This document shows positions 60,434 to 64,000 of a DNA stretch of 64,000 nucleotides, piece by piece. The DNA comes from Microthrixaceae bacterium. Its GTDB lineage: Bacteria > Actinomycetota > Acidimicrobiia > Acidimicrobiales > Poriferisodalaceae. Position 1 is the stretch's first letter; each line of letters begins with the position of its first letter. The DNA is taken from contig WTFX01000026.1 in NCBI GenBank assembly GCA_011523825.1, forward strand, positions 96,834 to 160,833. The letters run 5' to 3'. The notes beneath the pieces were generated by a model. It was not told the DNA's origin. It did not search any database and worked only from the letters and a program-made list of their open reading frames with translations. The position numbers were made by a program, and so were the translations under genes.

Positions 60434-60508
60434 CGGTCCCGACGGGATTTGAACCCGCGACCTCTGGCTTGACAGGCCAGCGTGAACTCCAGACTTCACC
60501 ACGGGACC
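60434..60508 (-). tRNA. tRNA-Asp (anticodon GTC)
   Basis: Reverse complement: GGTCCCG TG GTGAAGTCTGGAGTTCAC G CTGGC CTGTCAA GCCAG AGGTC GCGGG TTCAAAT CCCGT CGGGACC G. No CCA is encoded, and only 1 nt separates it from tRNA-Phe. Confidence 0.9.
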
Positions 60509-60588
60509 AGCTGTATTGCTCTGCGCTTGCGCCGACGTCGAGACCGGGATCTCTGCCGATGCAAGCGCAGCAACGATAGCCACCTCGA

Positions 60589-61857
60589 TCAGCAATCAGC
60601 GCTGGTGACCGTGGCGCGCAGGCGGTCGGCAAGATCGCCGCGAGACAGCACCGACACTCCCTCACCGCCGCACCACGCCGACAGCGCATGCAGTTCGGCT
60701 GCCAACGCCTCGAGAGCCTTCGTTTCTGCCGCCGCGTCGTTGGGCCACGACCCCGGCTCAGCCCACGAAGCCGGTACTTCGAGCACGTTGCGCTCCCGGT
60801 CGAAGCGCACATCGAGGCGCGCTACCAGCGCATCGTCGTGCAGGAACGGCAGCACGAAGTAGCCGTACTGCCGCTTGGCCTTGGGCGTGTAGATCTCGAT
60901 GCGGTAGTGAAATCCGAAGAGACGCTCTGCGCGGGGGCGGTGCCAGACCAGCGGGTCGAACGGGCTGAGCAGTACCGATCGGGACCGTCGGCGGGCAGCA
61001 CGCTGGCCGGCGGGGACATACCCGGGACGGTCCCAGCCCTCCACTGCCACCTCGCGGAGCTGATCGTCAGCGACGAGCTCAGCGATGCGGGCGGGAGCGA
61101 TGCGCTTCGGCAGGCGGTGGTAGTCGATGAGATCGTCGGCGGTGGCCACCCCGAGACACCGGGCGGCATCGGCCAGCAGCGCCCGGTGCGCGTCGGGCTC
61201 GTCCACAACGGCCTCGACCACCTCGGGGGGCAGCACCCGTTCGATGACGTCGTAGCGACGCACGAAACCGGCTCGGTCGGCCACGCCGACGCGACCTGCC
61301 CAGAACAGCCACGCCAGAGCCAGCTTCCCGTTGCTGCGTGTACCCCAGGGTCCGCGTACGCCCGGTCCCCAATCCATCGCGGCATCCACTTCGCCGGTGG
61401 ACGCAGGACCGTTGGCGTCGAGCCAGGCGAGCGCCGCATCGATCTTGGACTGGTTGGCCTGACCGAAGCGCGCGTAGCCGCTCCACATGTCGCCCGCAGC
61501 TCCGCGCCGCATCCGCCAGCCGAACAGCGGCCAGTCGGCCACCCGCACGAAGGACGCCTCATGGCCCCAGTACTCGGTCAGCTCCCGCTCGGCTGACCGG
61601 CGTGCGTAGGCCGCCCGCTCGAGCAGTCCGAGCACTGCGTCGTGCGTGCCGCCCATGCGGGCTCGCAGCACCAACAGGTGCGAGCGTGCCAGCACGTTGA
61701 CGGCGTCGATCTGCAGCAGGCCCATGCAGTCCATGGCCCGTCGCAGATGCCGGATGTCCAGCCGGCCGCCCGGCAGCGGCGCGGCGAGCCCCTGGGCGCC
61801 GATAGCGAGGCGTCGCGCTGCCCGCAGGCTCAGGCGAGCAGGCTGCGCCGTGGCCAT
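60589..61857 (-). CDS. Winged-helix DNA-binding protein of the YcaQ/AlkZ (DUF1006) family
   Basis: Contains LRAARRLAIGAQGL...MGLLQIDAVNVLARSHLLVL...LTEYWGHEASF...LLSPFDPLVWHRPRAERLFGFHYRIEIYTPKAKRQYGYFVLPFL. Confidence 0.75.
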   Translation of the reverse strand: MATAQPARLSLRAARRLAIGAQGLAAPLPGGRLDIRHLRRAMDCMGLLQIDAVNVLARSHLLVLRARMGGTHDAVLGLLERAAYARRSAERELTEYWGHEASFVRVADWPLFGWRMRRGAAGDMWSGYARFGQANQSKIDAALAWLDANGPASTGEVDAAMDWGPGVRGPWGTRSNGKLALAWLFWAGRVGVADRAGFVRRYDVIERVLPPEVVEAVVDEPDAHRALLADAARCLGVATADDLIDYHRLPKRIAPARIAELVADDQLREVAVEGWDRPGYVPAGQRAARRRSRSVLLSPFDPLVWHRPRAERLFGFHYRIEIYTPKAKRQYGYFVLPFLHDDALVARLDVRFDRERNVLEVPASWAEPGSWPNDAAAETKALEALAAELHALSAWCGGEGVSVLSRGDLADRLRATVTSADC

Positions 61858-61893
61858 GTCGCGTTCAGGCAGTGCCCCCGATGGCGGCGCGGC

Positions 61894-62058
61894 TCAGCGT
61901 TCTTCTTTGAAGATGACGTGTCGGCGCAGCACCGGGTCGTACTTGCGCAGCTCGATCCGGTCGCGGGTGTTCGTCTTGTTCTTGCGCGTCGTGTACGTGT
62001 AGCCCGTGCCTTCGGTGGACTTCAGCTTGATGACGGGACGCTTGTCGCTTTTGGGCAT
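61894..62058 (-). CDS. rpmG: 50S ribosomal protein L33 (no CxxC motifs)
   Basis: Hand translation gives [54 protein letters not shown]. It is below the ORF-track size cut-off. The junction with rpmB is TGATG. Confidence 0.88.
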   Translation of the reverse strand: MPKSDKRPVIKLKSTEGTGYTYTTRKNKTNTRDRIELRKYDPVLRRHVIFKEER

Positions 62059-62294
62059 CAGACTTTCTCCCCACGACGGCGCAGATCGGCCACCACCGAC
62101 TCGATGCCGCGCTTGTTGATGGTCTTGATGCCCTTGGCGCTGACGGTCAGCGTGACCCAGCGCCCCTCGTTGGGCACCCAGAACCGCTTCCGCTGGATGT
62201 TCGGCTTGAACCAGCGCTTCGTCCGCCGATGCGAGTGCGACACGTTGAAGCCCGAGTGCGGCCGGCGGCCGGTGACTTGGCAGATGTTGCTCAT
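62058..62294 (-). CDS. rpmB: 50S ribosomal protein L28
   Basis: Begins [59 protein letters not shown].... The start is set at ATG 62294. Confidence 0.9.
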   Translation of the reverse strand: MSNICQVTGRRPHSGFNVSHSHRRTKRWFKPNIQRKRFWVPNEGRWVTLTVSAKGIKTINKRGIESVVADLRRRGEKV

Positions 62295-62369
62295 ACCCGA
62301 CAGCTCCGGTAGGTGGGCTCGACAGCGGCGCACAAGGCTAGCGACCTGTCCCGTGCTGACCCAATCGGT

Positions 62370-63452
62370 TCAGCCTCTGAGCCGGGGGATGATCTCGCGG
62401 CCGACGCGCTCGAGCACCTCGTAGCGAGGGTCGAAGTTGGGCAGGATCATGATCTGGTCGAGCCCTCGCTCGTCGAGTGCGGTCAGCCGCTCCACAACCT
62501 GGTCGGCAGTGCCCACGATGCAGGTGGCATCGATGAGCTCGTCGGTGAGAAACCGGGCTTCCTCGGGCAGCACCCAGCAGTTGTGGCCGGCATGGATGCG
62601 CTGGTGGATGCGCTCGGGGTCGGTGTCGTCGAGCATGGCGCAGTACTCGTCCCAGACTGCCTCTAGACGAGCTCCGGGAGACCGGCCGAACTGCCGGTAC
62701 TGGTCGTAGGAGTAGTGCAGCGATGCCATCGCGAAGGCACCCGCCTCGTGGTGCACCCGCTCGCGCTGGCTTGCCAGCGTCTCGCCGTCGTCGAGGATCA
62801 CGATCGTGGTGAGCGAGCACATCAGGTAGTCGCTGCGGTCAATCGTGCGCCCCGCTTCGGCAGCCCCGGCTTCGATGTATTCCCACACGCGTGCTGTGGC
62901 GGAGCCGTCAGGCGGCACCGACAGCACGGCGCCGTCGCCGTACTGACCGGCCAGTCCCAGCGAGCGCGGCCCGAAACCCGACACATACAGCGGGATCTCG
63001 TCGTCGAAGTTGACGAACCCGGCGTCCGGCATGATGTGGCGGATCGGCTGCGCGCTGCCGCCGAAGTGATGCATGGCCTCGTCGCCGCGCAGCAGCGGGC
63101 GCAGCGCCGCGAGGTACTGGTCGAACTCGGCGATGCGCTGGGGCTTGTGCCCCATGATCCGCATGGCGGTGTTCCCGGTGCCGATGCCGAGGAACGTCCG
63201 ACCGGGCGCCAGCGCGTTGATCGTGGCGATCGATGCGGCCGTCACCGGAGCGGGCCGCGTTCCCGAGACCGAGACGCCCGTGCCGAGCTGGATGGAGCTC
63301 GTGCGCTCGGCGGCGAGCGCCAGGGTGGCGTAGCAGTCCGACCACAGCATGTGGCTGTCCGCGAACCAGGCATGCGTGTAGCCGAGCTCCTCGGCTCGGG
63401 TGACGTAGTCGAGATCGCCGATGTGCGATGCGATGCAGATGCCCAAGTCCAT
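62370..63452 (-). CDS. Luciferase-like (LLM class) flavin/F420-dependent oxidoreductase
   Basis: Begins MDLGICIASHIGDLDYVTRAEELGYTHAWFADSHMLWSDCYATLALAA...FLGIGTGN.... ATG 63452 follows AAGGAG. Confidence 0.8.
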   Translation of the reverse strand: MDLGICIASHIGDLDYVTRAEELGYTHAWFADSHMLWSDCYATLALAAERTSSIQLGTGVSVSGTRPAPVTAASIATINALAPGRTFLGIGTGNTAMRIMGHKPQRIAEFDQYLAALRPLLRGDEAMHHFGGSAQPIRHIMPDAGFVNFDDEIPLYVSGFGPRSLGLAGQYGDGAVLSVPPDGSATARVWEYIEAGAAEAGRTIDRSDYLMCSLTTIVILDDGETLASQRERVHHEAGAFAMASLHYSYDQYRQFGRSPGARLEAVWDEYCAMLDDTDPERIHQRIHAGHNCWVLPEEARFLTDELIDATCIVGTADQVVERLTALDERGLDQIMILPNFDPRYEVLERVGREIIPRLRG

Positions 63453-63562
63453 GCCGTATCTCCTTTGACGCCGCTCGACGCTTGACCCGCAAGCCGAATG
63501 GCGCAGCTTGTCCGCGCCGTCAGTGCGCGCTGCGGGCGGCGTGGACACGCTAGACACGAACC

Positions 63563-64000
63563 GTGGCGTCCGATGAGGCGAAGCCGTCGAAGAAGGGCCG
63601 CAAGAAGGCAGCCCAGGCTCCTGCCCCGCAGGTCACCACGAAGACTCGCCGCCGCCATGTTGAGCGGGGCCGCTACTCGAAGGCGCCGGTCGACCGGGCC
63701 GCCGGCGGCGTGGTGTGCCACGACGGCGCCGTGCTGGTGGTGCATCGACCGCGCTACGACGACTGGTCGTTGCCGAAAGGCCACCTCAACCGGAGCGAGT
63801 CCTGGGAGGAGGCGGCATTGCGCGAGGTCCGCGAGGAAACGGGCGTGCGATGCGCGATCACGTCTGCGCCCTACCCGGTCAGCTACCTGATCGCCAGCGG
63901 GGTGCCCAAGCTGGTGCTCTTCTATGCGATGGCCCCGACCAAGGTGCCCAAGCGGCTCACCGGCGACCCGAGCGAGGTCGACGAGGTGGCCTGGTGGGAC
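63563..64000 (+). CDS. NUDIX hydrolase (partial, runs off the right edge)
   Basis: Hand translation from GTG 63563 gives a basic N-terminus followed by ...[48 protein letters not shown]... (Nudix box GX5EX7REVXEETG). It is absent from the track because it has no stop in the window. Track ORF 63498..63890 is in another frame. Confidence 0.75.
   Translation, partial: MASDEAKPSKKGRKKAAQAPAPQVTTKTRRRHVERGRYSKAPVDRAAGGVVCHDGAVLVVHRPRYDDWSLPKGHLNRSESWEEAALREVREETGVRCAITSAPYPVSYLIASGVPKLVLFYAMAPTKVPKRLTGDPSEVDEVAWWD

Noticed and set aside
60516-60572. A long-range inverted repeat (TTGCTCTGCGCTTGC ... GCAAGCGCAGCAA) between the YcaQ-like gene and tRNA-Asp.
   Set aside because: The ~30-nt loop and one bulge make it a poor terminator. 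It could be part of the tRNA promoter or leader, but I cannot support any specific call.
63498-63890. The track ORF of 130 aa at the right edge.
   Set aside because: It is in the wrong frame. The Nudix box ([22 protein letters not shown]) is in the frame that starts at GTG 63563 and runs off the window.

Overview
This window is the replication-origin region of a high-G+C, actinobacterial-type chromosome, and almost all of it is core housekeeping.

**Gene content**
- Minus strand: dnaA, then a DnaA-box-rich oriC, then dnaN-recF-DUF721(DciA-like)-gyrB-gyrA.
- Plus strand: rpmH-rnpA-yidD-yidC-jag, then rsmG (inverted), parS and parA-parB.
- A cell-envelope block on the minus strand: murJ-degV-pseudokinase-small membrane protein-trxB-trxA-cwlM.
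- Then carD, a DUF5318-like gene, cca and a GT51-like protein.
- rpsF-ssb-rpsR-rplI-dnaB, tRNA-Gly and dcd.
- An orphan solute-binding lipoprotein, a membrane HdrD-like Fe-S protein, a cNMP-binding protein divergent from an orphan P-II gene, and gpmA.
- dnaK-grpE-dnaJ-hspR and clpB.
- A near-complete purine set: purA, purD, purE, purB, purC, purS, purQ, purL, purF, purM.
- An ACT-malic enzyme, tRNA-Asp and tRNA-Phe, a YcaQ-like gene, rpmB-rpmG, an LLM oxidoreductase and a partial NUDIX gene.

**Main anomaly**
The conserved jag/khpB gene after yidC is split. A Jag_N-only ORF and a separate KH+R3H ORF are separated by about 3.3 kb of visibly lower-GC DNA. That insert carries two divergent oxygenase genes: a GOLPH3/GPP34-like domain fused to a cytochrome P450, and a Rieske non-heme-iron oxygenase. 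No redox partner, integrase or transposase is present.

**Secondary observations**
- Two conserved genes (rnpA, cwlM) seem able to start only at a CTG embedded in a CTGA stop/start overlap.
- Palindromic pairs of perfect DnaA boxes lie outside oriC, downstream of parB and upstream of dnaB.
- MviN is split into murJ plus a pseudokinase gene, with degV between them.
- rsmG is inverted relative to its usual orientation.
- A second low-GC patch covers purQ and an antisense orphan ORF.
- Several in-frame tandem duplications sit at gene 5' ends.
- A tRNA-Ala-like remnant lies downstream of gyrA.

No CRISPR array, rRNA gene or recognisable mobile-element gene was seen. ORF-track starts were often over-extended, and I refined them where a conserved N-terminus or a Shine-Dalgarno sequence was visible.
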